NCBI GenBank assembly: GCA_963841435.1 | Contig: CAWJCS010000003.1 | Location: 1,088,001-1,152,000 of the forward strand | Length of the DNA stretch: 64,000 nt | Direction of reading: 5' to 3' | From: an uncultured delta proteobacterium | Lineage (GTDB): Bacteria; Myxococcota_A; Polyangia; Polyangiales; Polyangiaceae | Shown: in pieces, positions 47,291 through 57,990 of the stretch | Position numbering within the stretch: position 1 is the first letter of the stretch | How the letters are laid out: every line of letters starts with the position of its first letter | Notes under the pieces: generated by a model | What the model was told of the DNA's origin: nothing | Databases searched by the model: none | Seen by the model: the letters and a program-made list of their open reading frames with translations, nothing else | Translations under genes and position numbers: made by a program

Positions 47291-48172
47291 TCACGGCGGC
47301 AGCGCGCAAACTCCCTCGAGGCAGATTGCGGTCGCCGGGGCGACGTCGCAGCTCGCACACGTCCAGGGCAGCGAGCTACTCAGCCCACAGGCCGTGAGCT
47401 CGTCGTCGAGACGAGTGAACTCGGCCAGGTCTCCACTCGCGCCGAGCAGAAACTCGCTGCCGCAGCCTCCACCGACGATGCTGCAGACGGAGTCCACGAC
47501 CGAACAGTCGGTATCGGTCGTGCACTCCTGGTGCGTGGCCACGTAGTCGCGGAGAGCGCAATCGTACGTGCTGCAGTCATCGGGACAGGCGCCGTCGAAG
47601 AGCCAGCGGCTGGGGCTCGCTCCGTCACAGGACGCCACGGTCCAACCGGTGCCGTTCGCGCAGCGGTAACCGCAGCTCGGCGAACCGGTGAAGCGACTGA
47701 AGCGACAGTCCGAGCCGAGGTCCGGACGCGTGCTGGGACAGGGCGCGGGGCCGTCGCCGCCCGCGCCGAGCGGCCCCCATGCCCCTCCCCGGCATTGCAC
47801 CTGGAAGTCTCCCCCCTCGCAGGAGTCGAAGGGTGCGCAACCCTGATCGTCCACGGTCCAGATCCCGTTGGCGCAACGATAGGTGAGCTCCAGCGGTCCA
47901 CTCTGACAGTCGAGCGCGTAGCGACAGCCCTGCTCCGGCACGCCGACCGGGCAGCTCGCCGCCAATGCGCCAGGAGCCTTGTCAGGGCACCCGACCGCGG
48001 GAGCCCCGGAGTTTCCTCCCGCCGGCATCGATCCGCCGCGCCCACCCGAGCCGTCCAGTCCGCTCACCCCACCGCTGCCGGGCTCCACGACGCGCGATTC
48101 GCCGCCGCAGGCCAGCGCCCACAGCGCGGCGCCGACGGCCACGCGCGCCCCGCCGAGCAAGCGCCGACCCAT
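47291..48172 (-). CDS. Cys-rich lipoprotein
   Basis: ALAC lipobox, Gly linker and many Cys motifs (CP...C.Y.C..G.W; CTTDTDC). Confidence 0.65.
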   Translation of the reverse strand: MGRRLLGGARVAVGAALWALACGGESRVVEPGSGGVSGLDGSGGRGGSMPAGGNSGAPAVGCPDKAPGALAASCPVGVPEQGCRYALDCQSGPLELTYRCANGIWTVDDQGCAPFDSCEGGDFQVQCRGGAWGPLGAGGDGPAPCPSTRPDLGSDCRFSRFTGSPSCGYRCANGTGWTVASCDGASPSRWLFDGACPDDCSTYDCALRDYVATHQECTTDTDCSVVDSVCSIVGGGCGSEFLLGASGDLAEFTRLDDELTACGLSSSLPWTCASCDVAPATAICLEGVCALPP

Positions 48173-48294
48173 GCTCGCTCCGCGCATGCTTGAAGCCTAG
48201 CATTCCAGTGCGACGGCAGGGAAGCATGACGGTCGGGGGGTTGCTCTTCAACGAACGAGATCCACGACTCGACGGCGTCCGGCTCGAGCCCCCG

Positions 48295-48702
48295 TCACTC
48301 GTCCGCGCGACTCGGGAGCTCGAGACGGGCGAACCAGAGCAGCAGCACGGAGACCAACGCGAGCACGACGCCCGAAAGGGTGAGCGGGCGGAAGGACACG
48401 CCGCGCGGCGGCTCCACGAAGAACGCAGCGACGAAGACGGCGGGGGCGGCGAGCAGGCCGATGCCTCCGCACGCTTCCAGCACGCCTTGGGGACGACCAC
48501 GTCGCGGCGGACGCAGTGCGCCGGCCATCAGGTTTAGCAGACCACTCATCAAGACGTAGATGTGGTTGGCGCGAAACTGGTAGCGCACCGCGATGTTCTG
48601 AGCGTACGCGTCCGGAAAGCGCACGGACAGGAACAGGCCAGTCAACAAGAACAGCATGAGGGTCAGCACGCCGACCAGCGCGTGCGGCAACTTCAAGGTC
48701 AT
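48295..48702 (-). CDS. Small four-TM membrane protein
   Basis: Four hydrophobic segments with HxxxG and RANHIY motifs. Confidence 0.6.
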   Translation of the reverse strand: MTLKLPHALVGVLTLMLFLLTGLFLSVRFPDAYAQNIAVRYQFRANHIYVLMSGLLNLMAGALRPPRRGRPQGVLEACGGIGLLAAPAVFVAAFFVEPPRGVSFRPLTLSGVVLALVSVLLLWFARLELPSRADE

Positions 48703-48891
48703 GGCGACCTCGTAGTGCGCTCCGCGCGAGAGACGCGCAACGAACGCGAGTCATGGTGGCCCTCGCCGTGCGTTTTGGGAGCAACGATGCTCTGACGATG
48801 GCTTTCGAGTGTGGAAGGTAGGATTTGCGTCGCGCCGAGCATCGCCCCTAAACTGATCCATTTTTCACGGTGCGGGAATGTATGGAGCACC

Positions 48892-50271
48892 ATGAAACGT
48901 GCAGTCATGCTCGCGGGCCTGTTGGCCTCCACCGCCGCTTGTGGGAGCTCCCAGAGCGGGGACACTCCGTCGAGCGGTGGAGGCCCGCCCGGCGGTGGGA
49001 CCGGTGGCAACCCAATCACGGGGGGAACAGCAGGTGCGACCGCATCCGGTGGCGCGGGCCTCGGAGGCACGAGCGCAACTGGGGGCGCAGCAGCCACCGC
49101 CGGTGTCACGGGCGGCAGCGGCACGTCAGGAGGCACGTCGGGAAGCGGTGGCTCATTCGCGCAAGGCGGCGCCTCGGGCGGCGGCGCCTCGGGCGGCGGC
49201 GCCTCAGGCGGTGGTGTCCCCGACGGCGGCACCGCGGGTGGTGGCACTTCGGGCGGTGGCACTTCGGGCGCGGCAGCTGGCAGCGGTGGTCAGGCTGCCG
49301 GAATGGCCGGCGCCGAACCGGGGGGAGCAGGAGGGGCCGGGGCCGGTGGCCAGGCGGGAGGCACGGGTGCCGACGGTGGAGTAGCCGGGTCGGGCGGCGG
49401 TTCGCCGAGCAGCTGCGTCGGCAAAGCGTGGCCCACTGCCAATCCCACCAGCGCGGGGCCGTTCCAGGTCACGGTAGACAAGAACGTCGGCCCGCTAGCG
49501 GGCTATCTCCCGGATCCGATCTACGGGGACGTGCAACAGCGGTTCAACGTTTATCGACCGAGCAATCTCGCCACCAGTGGGTACTGCCATCCGATTTTAG
49601 TCTGGGCGAATGGTCACGGCGACAATCCCGAACAGCACCCCCCGGAATGCGTCGTCAACTCCGCCACCAACCGCTGGTGTGGAACCTATCCGGTGCTGAT
49701 CAATCAGCTCGCCTCGCATGGCTTCGTGGTGGTTGCGTCGCTCAGCACCACGACCTCGCGGGGTGACCCACTCCCGACGATCGTCGGTTTGAACTGGTTG
49801 CTCGAGCAGGCGGAAGATTCGACGAGCCCCTACTATCACCACCTCGACACGGTCCGCATCGGAGCTGCCGGGCATTCGGAAGGCGGACTGTCAACCTGCA
49901 AGGCCGCTGCGGATCCGCGCATCACCACGATCGCGACGGTGTCCGGGTCGGCAACGCCCACCGGCCTGCAGGGCCCGGCGCTGTTCATCTGCGGCGGAAA
50001 GGACACCGTCGTCTCGTGTGACAGCGTGGCCAATACTTACAACACCGTGACGAATCAACCAGCCATGCTGATGGACAATCTGAGTGCGGACCATGGCAGC
50101 TGGCTCTATCAGAACGGCGCCCAAGGCCCCGACATCTTCGCGCTCACCGCCTGGTTCCGGGTGCAGTTGATGGACGATACCGCGAATCGCAAGTACTTCT
50201 ATGGTCAGGGCTGCACGCTGTGCTCGGACAACCGGGTGACGGTCCAGCGCAACAGCCTCATGATGCAGTAG
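48892..50271 (+). CDS. Lipoprotein alpha/beta-hydrolase, cutinase/polyester-hydrolase-like
   Basis: TAAC lipobox, long Gly linker; AGPF, WANG, LASHGFVV, GHSEGG (Ser), GGKDTV (Asp), ADHG (His), TAWFR.QL.DD. Confidence 0.8.
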   Translation: MKRAVMLAGLLASTAACGSSQSGDTPSSGGGPPGGGTGGNPITGGTAGATASGGAGLGGTSATGGAAATAGVTGGSGTSGGTSGSGGSFAQGGASGGGASGGGASGGGVPDGGTAGGGTSGGGTSGAAAGSGGQAAGMAGAEPGGAGGAGAGGQAGGTGADGGVAGSGGGSPSSCVGKAWPTANPTSAGPFQVTVDKNVGPLAGYLPDPIYGDVQQRFNVYRPSNLATSGYCHPILVWANGHGDNPEQHPPECVVNSATNRWCGTYPVLINQLASHGFVVVASLSTTTSRGDPLPTIVGLNWLLEQAEDSTSPYYHHLDTVRIGAAGHSEGGLSTCKAAADPRITTIATVSGSATPTGLQGPALFICGGKDTVVSCDSVANTYNTVTNQPAMLMDNLSADHGSWLYQNGAQGPDIFALTAWFRVQLMDDTANRKYFYGQGCTLCSDNRVTVQRNSLMMQ

Positions 50272-50691
50272 ATGCGACGGGTCGCGGTGGCATCCGAGCC
50301 GCCGCTACGCCCGAGGGCATGCTTCGACGGGAAGCGACTCAAGCCGGCCGACAAGAGCTCGACCGCCTTCGTGCTCGCCGGCGCGAGCTCGCCTCGGGTT
50401 TTCCGACCGCGAAAGTCTCCCGACGCGTTCCGGACGACCGGACGAGTCAATGACGTCTCTCGCCACAACATTTGCCGGGCGCGGCGAGCCGCAGTCGCGT
50501 CGATTTGTGACCGTCCAAGCGCGCCATCCGCTACTACTACGTCGGCTGGTGGACAGCTTCGGTGGGTCGCCCAAGAGGACCGCGATCCGATGAGCACGTC
50601 GCGGGGTGCTCGCCCGAGCCCTTCGCCGGCAATGTGACGCGAGGACGGCCGACGCGCATCGGCAGAACAAAAGAGAAAGGGAGGTACGGCA

Positions 50692-53600
50692 ATGTCCAAA
50701 GCAGCATGGGTGAGGGTCGCGGCTTTCAGGGCGTTTCTGAGGGCTTCGCTGGTGAGCGTTGCCGTCTGTGGGTGCTCCGATGGAGCTCAGACGAGCTCAC
50801 CACGCGAGTCGACGGTTCAACGACAAGATCCGCTAGCCGGGACCGCTTCAAGGATCGCGCGGCCGAATCGCCCGTCGCAGGCAGGCTTCGAAGCGCTGAC
50901 CGCCCTTCAGGCTCCGCTCGCCGGGGCGTCGTTCACGGCCCATCAGCCGGACGTGAAATGGCACGGCCGGATTCAGGCGGTAGCGATCGATCCATCGAAC
51001 CCCGACTTCGTCGTGGCGGCGTCCGATCACGGTGGCGCGTTTGGCTCCGTGGACGGGGGACAACACTGGAACCGTTTCGACTCCCTGCGGCCGAACAATC
51101 TCGCCGACGTAGCGGTTTGTCCCGAGGACCCGACCAAGCTTGCAGTCTCGGCTTTTCGCGGGCTCGGCAGGGACTTGGCAAGCGATCCGGGCGGGATTTG
51201 GCGGAGCTTCGACGGGGGCAGCACCTGGAATCGCGCGACCATCGTTGGCACGACCGATCCACACGATGGGCTCGGTCTCGCATTCGAACCTGGGACAGCC
51301 TGCGGAACTCTCTATGCAGGGACGTCGTTCGGCCTCGCTCGCTGCACGAGCCCGGACTCCTGCGAAAACATTGCGCTGCCCGAAGGCGGCCCCGTCTTCT
51401 CGCTTCAGGTTCGGCCGAACGGCACCGTCCACACGCACACCGCGCAGGGGTATCGGCGCTGGAATGGTTCGAGCTGGTATCCGACCGCTCCGTGCAATCC
51501 AGTCAACCCGGTGACGCCCTGCGCGGGCGGGCTCCCACCGAGCCTGTTTGTCGGGATTCCGAACGAACGAAACCCGGACCTCCAACACACACACACGCTA
51601 GCGGTGTCCCCCCTCAACGAGCAGGTTCTGTTTGCAGGCGCCTACGTAGTTGACAACGGAACGGTGAAGTGTAACGACCAGGGCTGTTTCGAAGCCTACG
51701 AATCGGACGATGGTGGCGACACCTGGGTGAGCCTCGGCCTTCAGAAGCCGAGTGGCTCGCGGCTTACCTTCGTTGCCGTGGCGCCCGCGCGCTCCGGCGA
51801 CACTTCCAAATTCGACCTGTACTTCGCGCACGGTCCCGACATGTCGCGCACGACGTGCACGGAGAGCGGCGGCTCGGCGCCGCGCTGCGCGGGCTCCCCG
51901 TGGGAGCTCATCAATCTGCGTTCGGCCTTCGCAGGGGAAAACGGCAACCCGACGGACGGCTCGGCCTGCGGAGACAACGGGACGACGCCCTGCTCCCACA
52001 GCAATCCGTCCGAGCTCGTTTTTGACCCCACGACTCACTGTCCGCTCTACCTCGCCGGGGACGGCGGCGTGCTCAAGCTGACGGACGGTTCGGTTCCACC
52101 GGACTGCGGGCAGAGCGGACAGATGCTCACAATCGGCTCGGGCCTGCATGCACTCGAGATCTTCGAGGTCGCGGGTCAAGTGCACCCCAACAGCGCACTG
52201 CAGACGGACCTGTTCATCGGGACGCAGGACGACGGCATCTGGGCATCCACCGACGCGGGCTCCACCTGGCCGCGTCCCGGGGGCCTCGAGGGGCATGGCT
52301 TCTCGCTGCCGCACAGCGCCCCATCCCGAGACGACACGATCGTGACGTACTTCGACGGCGGCGGCACCGGAGTCGTCGAGGCGCGCCCCGGGTTCGTTCC
52401 GGATACGCCGAAGCAGCGAACGTCGGCCTGGGGCTACGGCGTCGATGGGCTACGGAAGAACCGCGTCGTGTGCGTCGATGCCGATGCCGATGGCACCTGC
52501 GACCAGGACCCATCCATCCTGTGCAGCTCGAGTGCGCCTCTGCCCAATCCGGGTGTGACGTGCATCCCCACGGCATGTAGCCAACCCAAGGACGATCCGC
52601 TCTGCGGAAGGCTCACCGTGCAGGGCGGCTTCTACCCGAACGCCGTCGAGGCGGGCGTGTACCTTCAGTGGGACGGCGGCGCCGCGTCGTCAGACGGAAG
52701 CACACTCGTCGCACCTATCCAGCTCTACCTGTCGCGAGACAGCGGCATGACGTGGGCTCCGCTGCCGAACGTGGCGCTAGGCCAGGTGGGTGATGCGCCC
52801 AGTGAGGTGCGCGTCCCGTGGGCTGTCGGAGCGGTTGCGGTCGACGCCAACGGAAAGTTCGTCTTCTACCAGCGGACGACGCACCCGAATTTCGGCGACG
52901 GCGTGGTCAAGGTGGTCGACGTCCTCGGGTCAACCCCGACTCTAGAGCTCATCGACGGCTCTCTGCCCAGCCTTCTGGGCAACCTCTTCTTTTCGAACGC
53001 ATGGACGGTGAACACACGGGGCTTTTCCGCGGATCCAGCCAACGCGGATCGCCTCTTCGCACGCACGGGCGCCGGCGTCCTCCGAAGCGACGACGGCGGA
53101 GGACAGTGGACGACCGACGCTGGGACGCTTCAGCTCGACCATCTAGCGTCGGCTCGTTTCGAAACGAGAAACCTGATTTCGCTGGAATTCGATCCCGTTC
53201 ATCCCGAGCGGCTCGTGGCGGGCACGGCGCAGGCCGGCGCGATGAGTTCGCTCGACGGCGGGAGCACCTGGGCGAGACTCTGCGGCTCCGATCGCATTCC
53301 GATGATCGCCAGCTGGTTCTTCGATGAGGTCGAAGACAACGTCTATGCCGCGTCCTGGGGTCGCGGTCTGTGGAAGGTGGATATAACGCGGCAGCAGGTG
53401 CCGGTGTTCACGCAGCCGATTCCGGCCGTCACCGCCCAGAATTGCGGCGCCGTGGACATCGGCCAGGCGCAGGCGACCGATCAGTGCGAGGGCGCCTCGG
53501 TCGTGGTCCAGGCGGGGCTCGGCGCGCAGGCACCCGCCCCGTACGCCGGCTGCGACAGCGGAGTCCGCCCTTGCGGCAACTTCCCGCTCGGCTCGACCAC

Positions 53601-54861
53601 CGTTCCCTGGACGGCCACCGATGAGTTCGGCGACGTATCGCAGACGACGAGCGTCGTCACCGTGACGGACTCGACGGGGCCGGTCTTCACCTCCGTGCCG
53701 CCCGACATCACCACGACGACCTGCACGGGGCTCACCCTGGGGCAGCCAACCGCGGCGGACGAGTGCGGAGGATTGGTCACGTTCACCAACGATGCGCCGT
53801 CGAAGTTCCCGCTCGGTCCGACGACGGTGACCTGGACCGCCCACGATGCACGGGGAAACACCCGCACGGCGACGCAACGGGTCACGGTTCTCCTCGGCGA
53901 CGATCCAAGCTGTTGCCCGGCGGGGACACACGTCATCCTCGGCACTTCCAACAACGACACGTTGACCGGCACGAGTGGGCCCGATTGCATCCTCGGTCGC
54001 GGCGCCCAAGACACCATCAACGGAAATGGGGGCAACGACTTCATTTCCGGCGGCGACGGCGACGACGTGATCACGGGCGGCTCGGGCAACGACACGATCT
54101 TCGGAGGGTCGGGTCAGGACACGATCAACGGCAACGACGGCAACGACGCACTCTATGGCGGCGACGGTAACGACACGTTGCTCGGTGGCGTCGGCGCCGA
54201 TTTCCTCTACGGCGGACAGGGGCAGGACTCGCTCCAGGGTCAGGACGGCGACGACCGCCTCTTCGGAGGCACGGGCGACGACACCCTCCTGGGAGGCAAC
54301 GGCAACGACATTCTCGCAGGCGAAAGCGGTAACGACCATTGCACGGACACGGCTGGTACGAACGTGTTCGAGCAGTGCGAGTATGGAGCGCCGAACTCGT
54401 GCGCCAACCTCGTCGTCGATGGCACGGAGACCGCCGTGGACTGCGGCGGCGGTTGTGCCCCCTGCGACGAGACGCTGGCCTGCTTGGCCGGCAGCGATTG
54501 TCAGAGCAACCTGTGCGCCGCAGGCGTCTGCCAGACGCTCCCGGGCGGGATTGCCGTCGTGCTCGTCTTGGATGCCGATTGGGGCGGCGGCTACTGCGCC
54601 CGGCTCAACGTGACGAACGTGAAGGACGTGCCTACGACGAGCTGGACCGCAAGCGTCAACACGAACCAGTCGACGATCTACGCGAGCTGGAACGGCAACT
54701 TCTCGCCGAGCTCCGGCGTCGTTGTCGTGACACCAACCCAGGCGAGCAACCAGGCCATCGGTCCGAACCTCACGGACGGGTCGATTGGGTTTTGCGCGAA
54801 TCGGAGCGTGCAGGGCAGCAGCGCCTTGCCGTACGTCGTAAGCGCAGCGGCTTCGTACTGA
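50692..54861 (+). CDS. Large exported protein: Asp-box beta-propeller, two HYR-like domains, RTX Ca-binding repeats, Cys motif and CBM2-like C-terminus
   Basis: Seven SxDxGxxW boxes; FPLG.TTV.WTA.D twice; GGxGxD nonapeptides; [18 protein letters not shown]...SWNG...GFCA. Confidence 0.78.
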   Translation: MSKAAWVRVAAFRAFLRASLVSVAVCGCSDGAQTSSPRESTVQRQDPLAGTASRIARPNRPSQAGFEALTALQAPLAGASFTAHQPDVKWHGRIQAVAIDPSNPDFVVAASDHGGAFGSVDGGQHWNRFDSLRPNNLADVAVCPEDPTKLAVSAFRGLGRDLASDPGGIWRSFDGGSTWNRATIVGTTDPHDGLGLAFEPGTACGTLYAGTSFGLARCTSPDSCENIALPEGGPVFSLQVRPNGTVHTHTAQGYRRWNGSSWYPTAPCNPVNPVTPCAGGLPPSLFVGIPNERNPDLQHTHTLAVSPLNEQVLFAGAYVVDNGTVKCNDQGCFEAYESDDGGDTWVSLGLQKPSGSRLTFVAVAPARSGDTSKFDLYFAHGPDMSRTTCTESGGSAPRCAGSPWELINLRSAFAGENGNPTDGSACGDNGTTPCSHSNPSELVFDPTTHCPLYLAGDGGVLKLTDGSVPPDCGQSGQMLTIGSGLHALEIFEVAGQVHPNSALQTDLFIGTQDDGIWASTDAGSTWPRPGGLEGHGFSLPHSAPSRDDTIVTYFDGGGTGVVEARPGFVPDTPKQRTSAWGYGVDGLRKNRVVCVDADADGTCDQDPSILCSSSAPLPNPGVTCIPTACSQPKDDPLCGRLTVQGGFYPNAVEAGVYLQWDGGAASSDGSTLVAPIQLYLSRDSGMTWAPLPNVALGQVGDAPSEVRVPWAVGAVAVDANGKFVFYQRTTHPNFGDGVVKVVDVLGSTPTLELIDGSLPSLLGNLFFSNAWTVNTRGFSADPANADRLFARTGAGVLRSDDGGGQWTTDAGTLQLDHLASARFETRNLISLEFDPVHPERLVAGTAQAGAMSSLDGGSTWARLCGSDRIPMIASWFFDEVEDNVYAASWGRGLWKVDITRQQVPVFTQPIPAVTAQNCGAVDIGQAQATDQCEGASVVVQAGLGAQAPAPYAGCDSGVRPCGNFPLGSTTVPWTATDEFGDVSQTTSVVTVTDSTGPVFTSVPPDITTTTCTGLTLGQPTAADECGGLVTFTNDAPSKFPLGPTTVTWTAHDARGNTRTATQRVTVLLGDDPSCCPAGTHVILGTSNNDTLTGTSGPDCILGRGAQDTINGNGGNDFISGGDGDDVITGGSGNDTIFGGSGQDTINGNDGNDALYGGDGNDTLLGGVGADFLYGGQGQDSLQGQDGDDRLFGGTGDDTLLGGNGNDILAGESGNDHCTDTAGTNVFEQCEYGAPNSCANLVVDGTETAVDCGGGCAPCDETLACLAGSDCQSNLCAAGVCQTLPGGIAVVLVLDADWGGGYCARLNVTNVKDVPTTSWTASVNTNQSTIYASWNGNFSPSSGVVVVTPTQASNQAIGPNLTDGSIGFCANRSVQGSSALPYVVSAAASY

Positions 54862-54872
54862 GGAGAATTGCG

Positions 54873-55340
54873 ATGCCGAAACCCCCGATTGCCTGTTTGG
54901 CGCTCCTATTGGTGGCGAGCGGGAGCGTGACGGCTTGCGCAGGAGGAGCGGCGCCTTGTCCCGTTTTGGATCCAGGCGCGCCACAGGGATCGCTCGCGAT
55001 CCACGAGGCTCACGAGTTCGGCAGGCTCTACGAGGTGTTCGAGGCCACCTACTTCATCGACGACTGCGTGCTGTCGCAGACGAACGATACCGCCGTCCTC
55101 CGGCGTGCCGATGTGGAGTATCCGCCGCGCGCTCTCGCCGCGGGGAACCACTCGCTTCGGTTCGCCTTCAAGCTCCGCGCGGACTTCGACTCGAACATGC
55201 AAGGCTGGGAGTGGTATTATCGTGGTCAAGTCGCCTTCCTCGTCCCCGAGAGCGGCGCGGTGCGCGCCAACGTGCGGATGTTCGAGGAGGGCGAAGGCAA
55301 TCCACGGAAGCGCTTGAAGGTCGCGCTCTCCTTCGAGTAG
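54873..55340 (+). CDS. Hypothetical lipoprotein
   Basis: AGGAG RBS, VTAC lipobox, beta-rich domain. Confidence 0.55.
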   Translation: MPKPPIACLALLLVASGSVTACAGGAAPCPVLDPGAPQGSLAIHEAHEFGRLYEVFEATYFIDDCVLSQTNDTAVLRRADVEYPPRALAAGNHSLRFAFKLRADFDSNMQGWEWYYRGQVAFLVPESGAVRANVRMFEEGEGNPRKRLKVALSFE

Positions 55341-55350
55341 CTCGCGCGGA

Positions 55351-55374
55351 CGGCGGCGGCGGCGGCGGCGGCGG
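55351..55374. repeat. (CGG)8 microsatellite between convergent genes
   Basis: Directly visible run cggcggcggcggcggcggcggcgg. Confidence 0.8.
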
Positions 55375-55455
55375 CGACCAGCGGCGCTCCAGCGACATGG
55401 TCGTCGAGCTCGACACGGTGACCGAGTGCTTCGGGCGCCTCGGCGCAGACGGGCC

Positions 55456-56097
55456 TCAGAACCCGAACGACGCCGGCACCAAGATCACGTGGACGCGCCC
55501 GCCGTAGTCGGCCTCGAGCGTGAGCGTCTTGCCGAGCACGGAGCCCGGATAACCGGCGGCTTTCATGCGCGCGAACTCTCGCGGCAAGCAGTACTCGACC
55601 AGCCGGCGCCGCGCCTCCGCGAGATCGGAAACCAGCTTCTGATGGCCGACGACGAGGACCACGCTGCCGGCGGCGTACGCATAAGCGCCCAGCTGGCTGC
55701 CGGTTCCGGAGCCAACGCAGATGATGCCGTCGTCCGTGATGGCGTGGACGCTGCCGACGATGAAGTCGGGCGCCGCTGCGAGTTTGCGCATTTCACGGCC
55801 CTGCGTCGTCCGGTCCATCGCTTTGAGCCGCCGGCGAATGGAGTCGTAGCGGCCGGACTCGTCAATCACCTCGCTGATGCCCAGCTCCTTCAGCGTCTCC
55901 GAAAGCGCACTGTGGACTTCTGCGCCCTCGCGCAACGCCGCAAGCGCGAGCTCCTTCGCGTGCTCTCGATCGTTCGCGACCTCGGCCTTGAAGCCCCGCG
56001 CACGCAGAGCCTGGCACGTCCGCGCGAGCCGCTCCGCCGTGGCTGGCTTTTCGAACTCCAGATTGGGCTCACCCGGATCGGGAAGGGTCCTCGCCAT
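55456..56097 (-). CDS. LUD-domain (LutC/YkgG-like) protein
   Basis: GSVHAITDDG, SGTGSQL, VVLVVG.QKLV.DL.EA..R, RVHVILV...GF. Confidence 0.78.
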   Translation of the reverse strand: MARTLPDPGEPNLEFEKPATAERLARTCQALRARGFKAEVANDREHAKELALAALREGAEVHSALSETLKELGISEVIDESGRYDSIRRRLKAMDRTTQGREMRKLAAAPDFIVGSVHAITDDGIICVGSGTGSQLGAYAYAAGSVVLVVGHQKLVSDLAEARRRLVEYCLPREFARMKAAGYPGSVLGKTLTLEADYGGRVHVILVPASFGF

Positions 56098-56207
56098 CGC
56101 AAACCTCTTCGGTGATTGGCCAAGTCAACCGCACGGCAGTCCTCGACGCTAGCACGCGCGCGAACGGGCAGCGCGACTCGACGGGAGCGAAGCGACACCT
56201 CACCTGT

Positions 56208-56243
56208 GGCCGAAGGCCGCGAGGGACTCGAGCCGAAAGCTGA
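56208..56243 (+). repeat. 36-bp direct repeat, copy 1 (copy 2 at 56988-57023, 33/36 identical)
   Basis: ggccgaaggccgcgagggactcgagccgaaagctga versus ggccgtaggccgggagggacttgagccgaaagctga. Confidence 0.85.
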
Positions 56244-56374
56244 CGCGCTCCCGGACCCATGCTCGTTGGGAAATGATGGTGGTTGGGGGCACGTGGCCAC
56301 CGGCGAACCCGTAGGTTCGAGCGCGGGCATCGGCGCGCAAGGACGACCAGACGCGATGAGCGAGGCCCGCTTCG

Positions 56375-56746
56375 CTACGGGACCACGCTCATGTGGCCAC
56401 CGGCGATCTGCCAGCGACCGCCCTCGGAAATCCAGACCCTGGTGTAGCGCAGGGTGGCGGAGGTGAGGTTGCCCGCCACCAGAGCCGCGGCATCCATCTT
56501 GACGCTGGTGATGGCTCCTCCAGGGATGACGCGCACTCGGAATTCCAGTGGATCGAGCTTCGTGATCTTCAATGCCCCTGACCGGTGTTGCTGTAGGTCT
56601 GCGGCCTTCGTCTCCAACGAGCCGCTCAGCCCCGTGAACAGAAGGTCCTCCGCGATCAGATCATCGAGCGCCGCCACGTCAGCCGAAAGCTGCGCTCTCC
56701 ACAGACGTTCCTCCAGCACCCGAACCGTTGACTCTACATCCGGCAT
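56375..56746 (-). CDS. DUF4440 / NTF2-like protein
   Basis: AQLSADVAALDDLIAEDLLF..L.G...K..DL, LRYTRVW....RWQI..GH.S. Confidence 0.8.
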   Translation of the reverse strand: MPDVESTVRVLEERLWRAQLSADVAALDDLIAEDLLFTGLSGSLETKAADLQQHRSGALKITKLDPLEFRVRVIPGGAITSVKMDAAALVAGNLTSATLRYTRVWISEGGRWQIAGGHMSVVP

Positions 56747-56945
56747 CCCCGGAAACACTAACAGCGTCAACGAGACATTCAACCCCTCGGCCGGCCTCAC
56801 ACCCTCAACTCCGGGAAGCAAGCCGACCATGGAGGACAGGCAGGACTGCACGCAGGCCGGATGGGCTACCCTCATTCGAGGTCAACCAAGTGCGATGCGC
56901 AGGACCGGTCACGCTCGCTCGGCATCGATGCCATGCGGAGAAGTC

Positions 56946-57077
56946 CCTCCTCGGGGGCGAGCGTCAGCGAGTCCTCACTGGTTTCACGGCCGTAGGCCGG
57001 GAGGGACTTGAGCCGAAAGCTGAGGTCGAAGACCGAAGCGAGGCCGACGACCTCCTCGGGCGCGAGCGTCAGCGAGT
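56946..57077 (+). repeat. 27-bp direct repeat pair (56946-56972 and 57051-57077, 26/27 identical) enclosing copy 2 of the 36-bp repeat
   Basis: cctcctcggg[g/c]gcgagcgtcagcgagt occurs twice. Confidence 0.85.
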
Positions 57078-57128
57078 GCACGAGGAGGGACTTGAACCCA
57101 CACACCTTGCGGTACCGGAACCTAAATC
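57076..57128 (-). pseudogene. 3' half of tRNA-Leu(TAG): probable att-site remnant
   Basis: The minus strand reads GATTTAGGTTCCGGTACCGCAAGGTGTGTGGGTTCAAGTCCCTCCTCGTGCAC, giving a TAG anticodon loop, a long variable arm ACC-GCAA-GGT, a GGTTCAAGTCC T-arm and the acceptor 3' strand. The 5' half is degenerate or absent. Confidence 0.85.
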
Positions 57129-57264
57129 GGGGGCGTACGCGGTGAACGGAGGCGAACCGCGGTGAATGACGGGATTTCTTGAGGGCGAATGGCGTCGTTG
57201 GGGCTCGTTGGGAGCGGTTGCCGACGATATTCCGACGATTCGAGGCGGGTCGCCTCTGCTCCGA

Positions 57265-57760
57265 TCAGGAGCCGTTCGTCTGCTGAACAGGAGCGTCATC
57301 AGGCGAGCCGACGCCAGCCTCCATCGCATGCGTGGGGTCCAGATGGTGATAGAGCACCGCCTTCTCCATGGGCTGGTACTCTTCCTGCTCAAGAAGTATT
57401 GGGCTGCGATCGGAGCGACGGTAGCCAAAGCCTTCGTACATCGGCACGCGATCCTTGATCGCGTTCAGGCACACCCTCTTGCAGTCAGATTGGCGAGCCA
57501 ACGTGTCGGCAAATCTGACCAGAATTCCAGCGTAGCCCTTCCCGCGAGAACGTCGGCGCGATGACGACCTCGGCCACGGAAAAAGTATCTCCGTCGTTGA
57601 TGGACGGTCAGGAAGCCCAAATCCTCGGCCGCCGATTCCAGGACGTAGGTGCAGGTCCTCGGATTGGCCTGCATCTGGAAAAATCGGTCTCCCCAAGTTG
57701 CCCGGTCGATGGAAGGCACGCCGGAGACTATTGGGTTTCTGACCCTTCCATCACGAACCG
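57265..57760 (-). pseudogene. Frameshifted GNAT acetyltransferase
   Basis: Pieces in three frames: TYVLESAAEDLGFLTV / VAEVVIAPTF / RGKGYAGILVRFA..LA....V.LNA....MYEGFGY. Confidence 0.55.
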
Positions 57761-57990
57761 CTGTTGGCAAGGCCAAGCAGTTCGCTCGCCGCGCTGCTCC
57801 GCGGAGCACGTCGTCACTGATGAACACGAACGCGACGCTGCTACCGCGTCGCTCGGACGGGAAGCCCGGCACGGCAGCCGCGCGATTCGGGCGGGCTTGT
57901 CCACAGTAGCGAGCCGCGGACAATCAACGTCCCAGCCCTTGGCGACTCTCGTTGAAGCCCCAGTGCCCTTCTGGCTTCATCGGCCTCGCG

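Noticed and set aside
56184-57100. CRISPR array
   Set aside because: Only two copies of each repeat, irregular spacing, and no cas genes in the window.
57076-57140. Functional tRNA-Leu
   Set aside because: The 5' acceptor strand and D-arm are not recoverable, and the T-stem and anticodon stem have mismatches.
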